This document shows positions 8,636 through 19,257 of a stretch of DNA of 64,000 nucleotides, piece by piece (the first letter of the stretch is position 1; each line of letters starts with the position of its first letter). A program made the position numbers and the translations under genes. The stretch is from an uncultured Candidatus Rokubacteria bacterium. GTDB taxonomy: Bacteria; Methylomirabilota; Methylomirabilia; Rokubacteriales; DASRDR01. Below the pieces are notes generated by a model. The model did not search any database. It had not been told where the DNA came from and saw only the letters and a program-made list of their open reading frames with translations. Where the stretch lies: contig CAVPSB010000025.1 in assembly GCA_963708025.1 (NCBI GenBank), positions 32,001 to 96,000 of the forward strand. The letters run 5' to 3'.

Positions 8636-9784
8636 TCAGCCGCGAAAGAGCTCGTAGAGGACGGTCCAGAGCGCCAGGAGGTCGCGGGCCTGCTGGACGA
8701 GGGCCGGCGCGCGGCCCTCGACGTGGGCGAGCAGGCTCACCACCACGAGCCGCGTGCGCGCCGGGTCGGCGGCCGCCGCCAGGCGCCGGCTCTCCGTGAA
8801 GGGGATCGCCGGGTCGTCGCGTCCGTGAACCAGGAGGAGCCGCGCCGGCAGGCGCCCGACGTCCCGGGCGGGTGAGAGGACGTCCAGGAGTGCCCGCGTC
8901 CCCGCCGGCAGGGCGGCCAGGAGAGCGTCCACCCGGTCGGGGTCCTGGTTCTCGAGGACGGCCAGGACCGCCCGCGCCTCGGCGCCCACCGTCGCCGGCA
9001 GCGGTGCCCCGGCCAGGGCTCGCCGCACCGCCTCCCGGTCGTCGAGGTCGCGCACCAGGTCGAGGTTCGACGCGAGGAACGCGCGCGCCAGGGCCGGGTC
9101 GAGCCGCGCGCGGCCAGCGGCGCCGCCGAACGCCCAGGCGCCGGTGGTGAAGTAGCGAACCAGCTCCCGCGCTTCCGCGTAACCCCCGAGGCTCACCACC
9201 AACCGCACCGGCCCGGGCGCGCTCGCGGCACCCGCCAGCGCCGGCTGGACCCCGACGCTGACTGCCAGCACCACCGCGCCGGCCCCGCTGGTCCCGGACC
9301 CTCCGCCGGCGGTCGCCAGCGCCGCGGCGACGATCCGCGCGTCGTCGGGCCGGAGGCGCTGGGCGCGAAGTCCCGGGAGGTCGGGCACCAGGACGAGGAA
9401 GCCCCCCCGGGCGAGGAGCCGCGCCGACCACTGCAGGCGCGCATCGTCCTTCCCGTCGGGCGTGAGGCCGTGGACGAGGACCAGGGGCGGGAGGGGGAGA
9501 CCGCCCGGGACCCGCCAGACGTCGGCGGGGGCGCCACCGGGGAGGGTCACGGTCTCGCGCACCGGCGGGCGGTCTCCCGCTGTCAGCCAGGGCCGGTGTC
9601 CGTCGGTGAGGAACTCCGCCAGGAACCGGGCGGCGGTGGCGCCGGCCGAGAGCCGCTGGCCGAGCGGCACGGCGAGCACCAGGATTGCCGCGCAGGTGGC
9701 CCAGCCGACCAGGAGTCGGCCCAGCGATCCGCCGGCGTGGGAACGCCATTCACCCATCACTTGGCCAGCCGCTCGGCGGACCAC
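8636..9784 (-). CDS. Alpha/beta-hydrolase fold protein with N-terminal anchor
   Basis: LVLVHGLTPDG, AVSVG nucleophile elbow, LLVHGRDDPAIP; start uncertain. Confidence 0.7.
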   Translation of the reverse strand: MVRRAAGQVMGEWRSHAGGSLGRLLVGWATCAAILVLAVPLGQRLSAGATAARFLAEFLTDGHRPWLTAGDRPPVRETVTLPGGAPADVWRVPGGLPLPPLVLVHGLTPDGKDDARLQWSARLLARGGFLVLVPDLPGLRAQRLRPDDARIVAAALATAGGGSGTSGAGAVVLAVSVGVQPALAGAASAPGPVRLVVSLGGYAEARELVRYFTTGAWAFGGAAGRARLDPALARAFLASNLDLVRDLDDREAVRRALAGAPLPATVGAEARAVLAVLENQDPDRVDALLAALPAGTRALLDVLSPARDVGRLPARLLLVHGRDDPAIPFTESRRLAAAADPARTRLVVVSLLAHVEGRAPALVQQARDLLALWTVLYELFRG

Positions 9785-9820
9785 GCGGCTATGACACGCA
9801 ACCAGCCCGAGCTGATGGCA

Positions 9821-10122
9821 GGGCGTGGGGAAGGAATGGTTCGTCCGGCGCCCCCTCCCCCGCCACAGGCCGAAGGCCGTCCGAACAGAGGGGGAGGGGG
9901 GCCAAAGGCCGAAGGCCGTCGAAGGATCGGGTGGGCGGGAGGTCCCGAACTGAGAGGGTGTGAAGGAATGGGTCCTCCGACTCCCCCCTCCCCCGGTGGG
10001 TGGGGAGGGGGGGGCGGGAGGTCCCGAACTGAGAGGGTGTGAAGGAATGGGTCCTCCGACTCCCCCCTCCCCGGTGGGTGGGGGAGGGGGGTTGGGGGGG
10101 TGGGCGGGAGGTCCCGAACTGA
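9821..10122 (+). repeat. G-rich tandem palindromic repeat, 3 units
   Basis: Units ending GGGCGGGAGGTCCCGAAC and starting TGAGAGGGTGTGAAGGAATGG (9951, 10030); internal CCCCCTCCCC/GGGGAGGGGG hairpin. Confidence 0.85.
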
Positions 10123-10134
10123 CAGGCCGTCAGC

Positions 10135-10881
10135 CTACCGCCGGGCCCGCTCCGCCCGCAGGTCCCACAGGCTCGCGAGGAACTCCCACCCCACCCTGGG
10201 GCTGACCTTGCTGACCCCCTGCCGCCGCTCGCGGAACACGTAGGGCAGTTCGATGACCTTCACCGCCCCGGCCCGGCAGACGATCTCCAGGAGGATCTTG
10301 TAGCCTCGAGGCTGCAGGTGGTCGCGGACACCCTCGAAGACAGCCCGACGGAGCACGAAGTAGCCGCTCATGGGATCGGACAACGGCACCCGGAGCCACC
10401 ACCGGGCGAGCGCGGTGGCCAGGTCGGAAGCCTTGCGGCGGTGCCAGGCCCAATGTTCGGCCCCCCCACCCGGAACGCGCCGGGAGCCGACCGCGATGTC
10501 GGCTCCGCCGGCGGCGGCGTCCACCAGCCGCGGCAGGAGCGCCGGGTCGTGCGACAGGTCGGCGTCCATGACGGCCAGGAAGTCACCGCGGGCCCGGAGG
10601 AGGCCCTCGATCACGGCCCCGCTCAGGCCCCGCTTGCTCGTTCGCCGGATCACCTGAACCTCCGGGTGCGAGCGGGCATAGTCCGAGGCCAACTCCCAGG
10701 TCCGGTCCGGTGAGTCGTCGTCCACGATCCACACCTCGAGGCCCCGCCCAGCCATCGCGGCGCGGATCGCCTCCAGCAGCGGGACGATGTTGTCCCGCTC
10801 GTTGTAGGTGGGGACCACGAGGGAGACGATCGCCGGCCTCACTTTCCGGCTGGGCGCAGAAACGCCCAGCCGATTCGCCAC
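10135..10881 (-). CDS. GT2 polyprenol-monophosphomannose synthase (DPM1-like)
   Basis: VVPTYNERDNI, IVDDDSPD, VMDADLSHDP, DPMSGYF, GYKILLEI. Confidence 0.9.
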   Translation of the reverse strand: MANRLGVSAPSRKVRPAIVSLVVPTYNERDNIVPLLEAIRAAMAGRGLEVWIVDDDSPDRTWELASDYARSHPEVQVIRRTSKRGLSGAVIEGLLRARGDFLAVMDADLSHDPALLPRLVDAAAGGADIAVGSRRVPGGGAEHWAWHRRKASDLATALARWWLRVPLSDPMSGYFVLRRAVFEGVRDHLQPRGYKILLEIVCRAGAVKVIELPYVFRERRQGVSKVSPRVGWEFLASLWDLRAERARR

Positions 10882-12416
10882 TCACGCTCTCCACGCCAGG
10901 TCTGGTTTCGGATCACGAGGGGCGCACGGTCTTCGGCCGTTGGAAAGGCCGCCCGCATGTGCCCGGGCATCTCGCCGTTGCGCGCCGCCGACCACAGGAG
11001 CACCGCGCCGCGGCGCCGTACGTCGGCGACGTCGATCCACGGGCTGAAGTAGACGTTCGCTTCGTGGAACAGATGCGGACTATCCGGCGAGAAGAAGATC
11101 ACGTTGCCGGCCAACCAGAAGTCGCCGATCACGTACGAGAGGCGATCGTTGGTTTCGCGCTGCCACGTCTCGGTCACGGTCGCGGCCAGCCGATCACCAG
11201 GGAACTGCGTCGCCCAGCGCTCCCCTCCGCCCACGTGGAACAGCTGGGCGCCCGTCTGAACGCCCATCAGCAGGATCGTCAGAGCGCCCCAGGCGGTCAC
11301 GAAGCGCGTCAGGGTGACGCGGTCGATCACGGGCCGCCACAGAACGACCAGGAGCAGACCGATGAAGCACCAGAATGGAGAGGCCCACTTCGTTTGCAGG
11401 CCGCGCCCCATGACGACGCTGGTGAGGACCGCCGTGGCGAACGGTCCCAGCGCCAGGACGACCGCATAGCGTCTGGCGAACGGATCGGACACGGCCGCTG
11501 CCGCCGGCATGCGGGAGCGCCCGCCGATCAGCGCCGCGAACAGCGGGAACACCAGGGCGATCAGCGACAGCGCCGAAACGATGGTGTCCCCCGTGACGTA
11601 GGCGCGCCGCAGCAGCCCGCTCGCCTTCGGGGCCCGGCTCAAGGCGAACTCGACGGGGCTGAAGCCCCCCTGGATGACCCAGACCAGATGCGGGGCGAGC
11701 ACGAGGAAGAAGGTGAGGATGGCGAGATACGGACCGGGCGTGCGCCAGCACCGTCGGGCCTGGGGATCGACCATCGAGAACAGGAGGAGCGGGGCGACGA
11801 GCGTGACCGCGGCGTACTTCGCGTAGAAGGCGAGCGCGAGCCAGAGCCCGACCAGAATCCAATCGGCTCGTCGGCGATCGACCAACGCACGATAGAGGCT
11901 CCAGCCGGTGAGGCCCCAGATCGGCAGCTGAACGATGTTGTGGTTGAACTCCATCGTGTGGAGGTTGAACACGACGCAGCCGTCGAGCAGCACCACGGCG
12001 ACGAGGGCCTCCACCGGGCGCAGGATCGTGGATCCCAGACGCCACACCGCCCAGAAGCAGAGCACGACCGCGAGTTGCCCGAGCAGAAAGAGGGGCCACA
12101 GGCGCGGGCCGGCGATGGTGCGCACGACGTCGATCAACCACCACGGCAGCGGCGGATGCTTCCAGTAGCCGATCTGCCATTCCTGGCCGTGGGCGACGCC
12201 CTCGATGACGTCGAGGGGGAGGTTGCGGCACAGGATCGTCGGCAGCACCGTCCACAGTGCCGCGTGCACGAGCGCGAAGACGATGAACGCCGCCCTCGGG
12301 TTGGACTCGATCATCGCGACGGATCGCCGCAGGCCTCGGCCCCACCTCCGCGGCTCCGTGACCACGTCGGCGTGGCCAGTCTCGTCCACCGCTCTGGAAT
12401 CTCGCAGCCCTACCAT
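10839..12416 (-). CDS. GT39/ArnT-like integral membrane glycosyltransferase
   Basis: LDVIEG..GQEWQIGYWKHPPL, EFNHN, YAKY, multiple TM helices; alternative start at 12314. Confidence 0.8.
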   Translation of the reverse strand: MVGLRDSRAVDETGHADVVTEPRRWGRGLRRSVAMIESNPRAAFIVFALVHAALWTVLPTILCRNLPLDVIEGVAHGQEWQIGYWKHPPLPWWLIDVVRTIAGPRLWPLFLLGQLAVVLCFWAVWRLGSTILRPVEALVAVVLLDGCVVFNLHTMEFNHNIVQLPIWGLTGWSLYRALVDRRRADWILVGLWLALAFYAKYAAVTLVAPLLLFSMVDPQARRCWRTPGPYLAILTFFLVLAPHLVWVIQGGFSPVEFALSRAPKASGLLRRAYVTGDTIVSALSLIALVFPLFAALIGGRSRMPAAAAVSDPFARRYAVVLALGPFATAVLTSVVMGRGLQTKWASPFWCFIGLLLVVLWRPVIDRVTLTRFVTAWGALTILLMGVQTGAQLFHVGGGERWATQFPGDRLAATVTETWQRETNDRLSYVIGDFWLAGNVIFFSPDSPHLFHEANVYFSPWIDVADVRRRGAVLLWSAARNGEMPGHMRAAFPTAEDRAPLVIRNQTWRGEREWRIGWAFLRPAGK

Positions 12417-12707
12417 CGTCTCACCGGCATCCGAGCTCCAATCGGTCGCGGTACGGCCGATGAGCGGCTCGGCCCATGACGGCCCTCAGCGTCTCTGATG
12501 CGGCGGAGTGTGTCAAGCGCCGGGAAAGGGCGAGAACGCTGCCGCGGGGGCTCGCTGATCGGACCCGTCGAGCGGGGCGACCCCTCCCCGCTTCGCGTCA
12601 TCACGCGCAGCCGAACATGCCGGCCGTCAAACCCGGTGTTCCAGTTCGCGGTGGATCGCCGCCGTCCGCCCCCGGCGGCGGTCTCCGGAGTTGAGCCGGA
12701 TGCGGCT

Positions 12708-13337
12708 CTACGTGCGGTTCAGGCACTTCACGAGGTGCCAGCCGCGCAGCAAGTTCACGCGGCGGACGACCTCGGGTGTCAGGCCGACGGTCTCCAGGAG
12801 GGGCGTGAGGGCCAGGTTGGTCTTCCAGCCCAGGTGGGCGCACACCGGCGCCAGCGCGTCCTCGATCCGGCGCATCAGCGGGTTCTGGCTCCGGAAGTGG
12901 TTGAGGATGACGATCGCGCCGCCCGGCTTGGTGACCCGGCGCATCTCGCGGAGGACCGCCACCGGGTCGGGGACGGCGCTGATCACGTAGGTGGCCAGGG
13001 TGGCGTCGAACTCGCCGTCGGCCAGGTCCATGGCCGAGGCGTCCATGACCTTCAGCGTCACCCTGTCCATGTGGAGCGACTCGACCTTCTCCTGCGCCTT
13101 CTTCAGCATGCCCTCGGAGAGATCGATCCCGACCAGGTCGATGTCCGGCGGGTAGAAGGGCAAGTTCAGGCCCGTGCCGATCCCGACCTCCAGGACCCGG
13201 CCTCGCGGCGGGTTCCCCAGGAGGCGCACGGCGGCGATGCGTCCGGGCTCGAAGATCTTCTTGAAGAGGAAGTCGTAGACCGGCGAGTAGAAATCATACG
13301 CTCGCCTGACCTGCCGCTCCTCGAGAGAGACGTCCAA
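12708..13337 (-). CDS. Class I SAM methyltransferase, PmtA-like
   Basis: YDFYSPVYD, VLEVGIGTGLNL, GIDLSEGML, REMRRVTKPGG..VILNHF; TTG start after AGGAGA. Confidence 0.8.
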   Translation of the reverse strand: MDVSLEERQVRRAYDFYSPVYDFLFKKIFEPGRIAAVRLLGNPPRGRVLEVGIGTGLNLPFYPPDIDLVGIDLSEGMLKKAQEKVESLHMDRVTLKVMDASAMDLADGEFDATLATYVISAVPDPVAVLREMRRVTKPGGAIVILNHFRSQNPLMRRIEDALAPVCAHLGWKTNLALTPLLETVGLTPEVVRRVNLLRGWHLVKCLNRT

Positions 13338-13550
13338 GTCCCGATCTCCTTTCGCGTTCTTGAGGCCGAGCCGGCGGCACCTACTTCTAGCACGTTCGAC
13401 CCGGGCTGCCAAGCGCCGAATTCACGGAACCTCACACGCCCGATTCCGACTGCCGGAGGAATCGGCGTAAGAGCGTCGCCAGACCCAGAAACGACGGCTG
13501 CCTCGAGTCGTCGAGCAGCCGTGCCGACTCCTCCCGCTCCGTCGCGATGC

Positions 13551-13853
13551 TCAGGCTCCCGGCCGAGCGGGCGGGCCCGACCGTGGCGATGCCGGGGGCG
13601 GGAGCGCGGCGTCGCGGGGCGTGATGCCGGTGGGGCTGGCCCGGCGAGAGCGCTGCCAGCGGCGCAGCCGGCTGGCGAGGCCGACGAGCCCGGCGATGAG
13701 GGCGCCGCCCGCCGTCGCCCCGAGAATCACGGCGGCCAGCGAGGCCTGAAACTGCCCGGGCCAGAACCGGACCGTCACCACCTCGGAGTTCTGGAGGGCG
13801 AAGAGTCCGACGGCCAGCAGGAGGAGCGTGAGGACGATGAAGAGGAGCTGCAT
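13551..13853 (-). CDS. LapA/DUF1049-type small membrane protein
   Basis: LFALQNSEVVTVRFW...SLAAVILGA, two TM segments. Confidence 0.75.
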   Translation of the reverse strand: MQLLFIVLTLLLLAVGLFALQNSEVVTVRFWPGQFQASLAAVILGATAGGALIAGLVGLASRLRRWQRSRRASPTGITPRDAALPPPASPRSGPPARPGA

Positions 13854-13858
13854 GCGTC

Positions 13859-14494
13859 CTACGAGCGGAGGAGGTCCTTTGCGCCCGAGGGGCCGCTTCG
13901 CACCAGCTCCAGGGTCCCGGAGGGGAACGTCGCCTTGACGAGGCCTATGGCCGGGACCAGATCGGAGACCCACACGGTGCCGTCCCGATACGGCGCACGG
14001 ACCGCCATGAACTGGCCGGCCGGCACGCTGACCGATTCCGGGGTGCCCTTGACGTCGGCCTGCCGGAAAGGCCGGAGGGGATCGTCCGGGGTTGACGCGA
14101 CGCCCTTCGGAGTCCGGGTCACGCTGCGAAGGGCCTTGCCCGAGGCGCGGTCCACCCGGATCTGGGTGACGGACAGGGGTGATCCGTCGAGGACCCGGCT
14201 CGTGACGATCTGCAGGGTGTACGTCTTCGCGTCGCCGCCCACGATCGCGTACGTGACGAAGAGCGGCGGCGGCGCGGTCGACTCCCGGCTGACGGACCAC
14301 GTCACCTGGCCGCCGGGGCGCTCCTGCCGGACGACGATCGGCACCTCGTGGCTCAGCGACGAGGTCCACTGGTAGGCGGCCCACGCCCCCACGGCGGGCC
14401 CGCTCGGAGTCGCGGCGCCGGCGACGAGGGCGAGCGCGAGGAGCGGGGTGGCCAGGGACATGACCCGTGCACTGCGACCTCTGTTCCGGTTCAT
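13859..14494 (-). CDS. Exported hypothetical protein
   Basis: Signal-like LLALALVAGA, ESVSVPAGQF...WVSDLVPAIGLVK beta-rich motif; overlaps the upstream stop codon. Confidence 0.65.
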   Translation of the reverse strand: MNRNRGRSARVMSLATPLLALALVAGAATPSGPAVGAWAAYQWTSSLSHEVPIVVRQERPGGQVTWSVSRESTAPPPLFVTYAIVGGDAKTYTLQIVTSRVLDGSPLSVTQIRVDRASGKALRSVTRTPKGVASTPDDPLRPFRQADVKGTPESVSVPAGQFMAVRAPYRDGTVWVSDLVPAIGLVKATFPSGTLELVRSGPSGAKDLLRS

Positions 14495-16101
14495 CGGCCG
14501 GTCCTCACGACGAATTGGGCACGCCGGTTCAACGCCCAGGCCAGCTCGTTGTGGCCGGGGTCGAGCGGCCGCTCCTCCCCGTACGAGGTGGTGTCGATGC
14601 GAGCCGCATCCAGGCCGAGAGCGACGAGGTAGTCCTTGGCGGCCTGGGCGCGACGCTGGCCGAGGGCCAGGTTGTACTCGGGGGTCCCACGCTCGTCGGC
14701 GTGCCCCTCGATGAGGACACTGAAGCCGGGATTGGCCTTGAGGGCCTGCGCCAGATCCTCGAGCGTCCGCTTGGTGTCCTCGGTGAGGTCGTAGCGGTCG
14801 AACTCGAAGTAGACGTCGCGGATGGCGGAGCGCACGGGCGCCGGCAGCGCCGAAGGCGGCACCGCGGCGAGCGGCGACGGTACCCCCGGGGCGCCCGGAG
14901 TGATGGGGGCGCCGGGGCCGGGAGCACCTGGAGCGCCCGGGGCGGTGGGGGCGCCGGGACCCGTCGGGGCACCGGGGGCGGCCTGAGCACCTGGAGCTGC
15001 TGGAGCGCCGGGGGCAGCCTGGGGGCCGGGAGCAACCGGGGTGCCCGGGGTCGGGGCGCCGGGGCCGGCGGGGGCGGCCGGGGCGCCTGGGGCCGGCGGC
15101 GGCCCAGCCGGAGCGGCCGGAGCGGCCGGCGTGCCGGGCGCCGAAGGCGGCACCGCAGCCGGCGGGCCCGGCACGGCGGCCGGCGGGCCCGGAGCCGCGG
15201 CGGCGGGCGGCGGGGCGGCGGCCACCTTCGACGGCGTGTGGGTGTAGGTGACCAGCACGAAGACACCCCAGTCGGGCGCGTCGCTCGTCAGGCCCTTGCG
15301 GCCGGCGACGCTCACCAGGAACCCGCCCCATCGAAGCCGGAAGCCGGCGCGCGTCTCGGCCACCCAGTCCGAGTGGCGGTCGCTCCCCGTGCGCCGGTTG
15401 GTGTCGGCCAGCGCTTCGGCGACGAGGGAGAAGTGCGGCCCGAGCGGGTACTCGAGCGCCACGCCGGAGGTGAACTGATCGGCCTGATTGAGGCCTCCCC
15501 GGCCGGAGTAGGTGTACCCGACGTTCACATGGCCGAGCAGGCCCCCGGGCAGGGTTTTGCTCAGGGCGACCTTCCCCCCGACGTCCCACTCGTTCGGCCC
15601 GATTCCCTCGGAGCGTTCGCCGGTCGGCGCCACGGCGAACCCCACCACGGCCAGCGCCGGCGCGACGGGCCCCTCGTCGAGAACGCGGTACACGAGCCCG
15701 AACGGCAGATCATCGACACTCGAGCCGTCGTGGCCGGCCCGGTCGGCCTCGTACCAGGTGTAGGGCACGTCGAACCCGATCTGGAGCCGGTCCGTGATCC
15801 CGTAGGCGACCGCTAGCCAGAGCGTGTTGAGATCGAAGACCCCGTCGAGCTGCTGGCAGACCGCGTCCTCGCCCAGGTAGCCGAGGCCGACCGAGAACCC
15901 CCCGCCGGCGAGCGTGTTCGCGCCGAAGACCGAGAAGCCGCCCGTTCCGTTGACTGGCTGGTACGGCCGCGCCGCAGCCTGGGGCGGATTGCTCCGCTCC
16001 TGCCCCACGGTGAGGCAGCCGGAGGCGGCCCACGCCGGGACGGGGGAGAGGGACACCAGGAGGGCCAGAGCCAGAGCGGAAGGGCGGATCCGGTTGGTCA
16101 T
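14491..16101 (-). CDS. Outer-membrane barrel - Pro/Ala/Gly linker - OmpA/Pal peptidoglycan-binding fusion
   Basis: Signal peptide, amphipathic beta strands ending PDWGVFVLVTYT, PGAPA repeats, VYFEFDRYDL...IEGHADERGTPEYNLALGQRRA...SYGEERP...NRRA. Confidence 0.8.
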   Translation of the reverse strand: MTNRIRPSALALALLVSLSPVPAWAASGCLTVGQERSNPPQAAARPYQPVNGTGGFSVFGANTLAGGGFSVGLGYLGEDAVCQQLDGVFDLNTLWLAVAYGITDRLQIGFDVPYTWYEADRAGHDGSSVDDLPFGLVYRVLDEGPVAPALAVVGFAVAPTGERSEGIGPNEWDVGGKVALSKTLPGGLLGHVNVGYTYSGRGGLNQADQFTSGVALEYPLGPHFSLVAEALADTNRRTGSDRHSDWVAETRAGFRLRWGGFLVSVAGRKGLTSDAPDWGVFVLVTYTHTPSKVAAAPPPAAAAPGPPAAVPGPPAAVPPSAPGTPAAPAAPAGPPPAPGAPAAPAGPGAPTPGTPVAPGPQAAPGAPAAPGAQAAPGAPTGPGAPTAPGAPGAPGPGAPITPGAPGVPSPLAAVPPSALPAPVRSAIRDVYFEFDRYDLTEDTKRTLEDLAQALKANPGFSVLIEGHADERGTPEYNLALGQRRAQAAKDYLVALGLDAARIDTTSYGEERPLDPGHNELAWALNRRAQFVVRTGR

Positions 16102-16261
16102 CTTCCGAGCGCCTCCGGAAACACGGCCGGGGTGGCTCACGATGCGCGGAATCGCGCGTAGCTATGACTAAGAGCCACCATAGCACTCCGGGCCAACCCG
16201 GAACAGCCCTTAGTTGACTTCGGCGGGGGCCGCGCTGTCGCGGCCGGCGGACCGGGCCGGA

Positions 16262-17677
16262 TCAGCCGTGCTTGCGGTCGGACGGAGTGCCGTCGAGGGC
16301 GCGGATGAAGCGGGTCGCGATGGCCCGCCGCATCGTGGCCGGGTCCAGCGACCCCACACGCGCTTCCCAGTCACGGGCCGGGATCACCGCCTTGGCGGCC
16401 GTCCGGTGGCCGCCGGCCGAGCCGAGCTGGCCGAAGGCCTCCTTGACCACGTCGCCGGCGGCCCGGACGTAGCCCACGTTCCGCACCGACACGTGGACCT
16501 CGTCCCCGGTGAGCCCCGAGACCACCGACCACTCGATCCCGGCCACCTGGAGGCAGAGGTCGGCGAATTGTGGAATGAGGTCCGGCCGGCTCACCCGGCC
16601 GAGGTGCGCGAAGAGGACGTTGTGGATGATCTGGCGATGCACGAGCGCGTCGCCCAGGGCATCGAGCGCGTCGAGCGGCAGCTCCGGTCGCTCGATCCGC
16701 CGGAGGATGTTGTGGTTGGCCAGCTCGTAGAGGAAGGCGAAGGCCTCCATGTCCGCCCGCGTGCCGCCGCGCTCGAGGTGGAGCGTGTCCGACTTGATCC
16801 CGTAGAAGAGCGCCGTCGCGACGCGCTCGGTGATCTTGACGTCGGCCGCGCGCAGGTACTCGGTCAGGATGGTGGAGGTCGCGCCGTAGGAAGGGCGGAT
16901 GTCCCGGAACGCCGCCTTGCCGCCCCGGGCTTCCGGATGATGGTCGATGACCAGGAGCAGCTCGCCGAGTTGCTCCTCGCAGAAGCTCGGCTGCACGTCG
17001 ACCATGGCGAGCCCGTCGAAGCGGGCCAGAGTCGTCCACCGTCACGTGCTCGACCTCGATCTCCAGGGCCGACACCATCGCGACGTTCTCGGGCCGGGTG
17101 ATCCGCCCGAAGGTGATCAGCGGCGCCGTGGCCTTGGTGCGGCCGAGGAGCGCCCGGAGGGCGAGCCCGCTGGCCAGCGCGTCGGGGTCGGGGTCGTCCT
17201 GGAGCAGGATGCCGATCCGCTCCTTGTCGGCCGCCAGCGCCCGGATCCGCTCGACCTTGAGCCGGAGACAGGCGCGCTCCATCTCGGGCCGGAGCAGTTC
17301 GCGGAAGAGTCGCGGCAGGAGGAGCGCGTCACCGTGGGGTACTGCGGGAGGAGCGGCGGCTCGGCGCCCTGGTGGAGAAGCAGGACCGGAACACCGGGCG
17401 CGACCTCGAGGATCGCGTCGAGGATTGGCTCGGGCGCGCGCGGGCCCGACAGGAGCAGGACCAGATTGCCCGGCGAGAGGCGGGCGCGTCGGTACACGGC
17501 TGGATCGTCCAGGGAGCCGGCCAGGGCCTCGACCTCGCGGCGGGCCAGCCGGCTCCGCGTCCGCACGTCGCCCACGATGTACACCGGCGGCTCTCCCATC
17601 TGGGAGCCGGCGGCGGTACCGGAGCCTTGAAGGAGCTGGAACAGGAAATCCGTGGGGCAAACGATGACGCGGCGCAT
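16262..17677 (-). CDS. DHH-family phosphoesterase with N-terminal RCK/TrkA-like region; two frameshifts
   Basis: QDDPDPDALAS, VIDHH, YGATSTIL, YGIKSDT, GSAGGH across three frames. Confidence 0.8.
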
Positions 17678-17747
17678 GGACCGCCCACTATCTTAACGGA
17701 ATCGGGCCGGCGGCGAAAGCGACGAGACGACCTGTCAAATCGGCTAG

Positions 17748-19257
17748 TTAGCCGACGTCCGAGCCGCCGCCGGAGCTCCGCGTAGGGCGCCCGGCGCCGG
17801 ATCGCGGCGACCAGGCGCGGGTTCGGCCGGGTCGGCCGGGTGACCGCCAGGGGGTCGAGGATCCGGTCCAGCGCCGCTGCGGGGATCAGGTTGTGGGCTC
17901 GGACCACGGCCCGGAGCGGCCGCCCGGTCCGCAGCGCTTCCTTCACCAGCTCGGCGACCATCGCGTAGCCGAGGTAGGGGGACAGCGCGGTGGCCAGGAC
18001 GAGGCTCCCCTCGACGAGCGCGCGGACCCGCCCCCGGTCCACTCGGAGGCCCTCCACGCACTTCTCGCGCAGGAGCCGCACCGCCCGGGTCAGGAGATCG
18101 AGGCTCCAGGCGAGGTCGAAGGCGAGGAGCGGGGTCATGACGTTCAACTCCAGCTCCCCGGCGATCGCCGCCTGCAGGCACGCGGCGTCGTTGCCACAGA
18201 CTTGGTAGCAGACCATCTCGACGGCCTCGACGACCGAGGGATTGATCTTGCCGGGCATGATGGACGAGCCCGGCTCCACGGCGGGGAGCCGGAGCTCTGC
18301 GAGCCCCGCGTGCGGCCCCGAGGCGAGCAGGCGCAGGTCCCGGCAGATCTTGGCCAGGTCCACGGCGAGCCCCCGGGCGGCGGCCGAGGCGGTGAGGAGC
18401 GGGGTCATGCTCCAGGCGGCGGCGACCGGAGACGGCGCCGGCCGCAGGCGCTCGTCGGTGAGGCGCGCCAGCTCGCGAACGACCGCCCGGGCGAAGCGGG
18501 GGTGGGCGGTGATCCCGGTGCCGACGGCGGTGCCGCCGAGCCCGAGCCGGCTCAGCTCGGCGCGGACGGCCACCAGGCGCGCCCGGCCGGCGGCGAGGGC
18601 CTCGGCGTAGCCGTCGAAAACCTGGCCGTAGGTGATGGGCACGGCATCCTGAAGGTGCGTGCGGCCGGGCTTCACCGTGCTCCGCTCGGCCCGCGCGAGC
18701 CGGCGCCAGGCCGCCTCGAGCGCGGCCAGCTCGGTATCCAGCGGGCGCAGGAGCGCGAGCGCGGCCAGCCGGACGGCGGCCGGCGTCACGTCGTTGGACG
18801 ACTGGCCCCGGTTCACGTGGTCGTTCGGGTTGACGGGCACGTAGGCGCCCCGGCGGCCCCCGAGGCTCTCGTTGGCGAGGTTCGCGATCACCTCGTTCGC
18901 GTTCATGTGGTGCGGGGTGCCGGCCCCGGCCTGGAAGGCGTCGAGGACGAACGCTTGGTCCAGCTCGTTCGCGGCGACGCGGGCAGCCGCGCGCTCGATG
19001 GCCCGGGCCACCCGGGGCGGGAGGAGCCCGAGCCGTCGGTGCACGCGGGCCGCGGCCAGCTTGATCAGGCCGAGGGCCCGGATGTACGCGGGGTGCGCGC
19101 GGAGGCCCGAGAGCTGGAAGGTCTCGCGGGCGCGCTCGGTGAAGATGCCGTGGAGGGCGCCCGCCGGGACAGCCTTCTCGCCGAGGCTGTCCCGTTCGAG
19201 ACGAACGGGGTCAGGCCTTTCATTCTTAACATTCCTGATCCTGGTCTTCTGAGCCAC
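17748..19257 (-). CDS. aspA: Aspartate ammonia-lyase / class II fumarase
   Basis: RLERDSLGE, FQAGAGTPHHMNANEV, NPNDHVNRGQSSND, GRTHLQDAVP, GSSIMPGKINP; stop inferred at 17748 after a 1-nt correction. Confidence 0.8.

Noticed and set aside
9931-10122. Possible CRISPR array (conserved ~40-bp block recurring every 79-90 bp)
   Set aside because: Intervening sequences are near-identical G/C hairpins rather than unique spacers; only 2-3 units; no adjacent cas genes
13430-13525. Two hairpins upstream of the methyltransferase as a possible riboswitch
   Set aside because: No recognisable aptamer consensus; could be a terminator or chance GC pairing
14870-15225. GC-rich DNA tandem repeats
   Set aside because: Explained by the Pro/Ala/Gly protein linker
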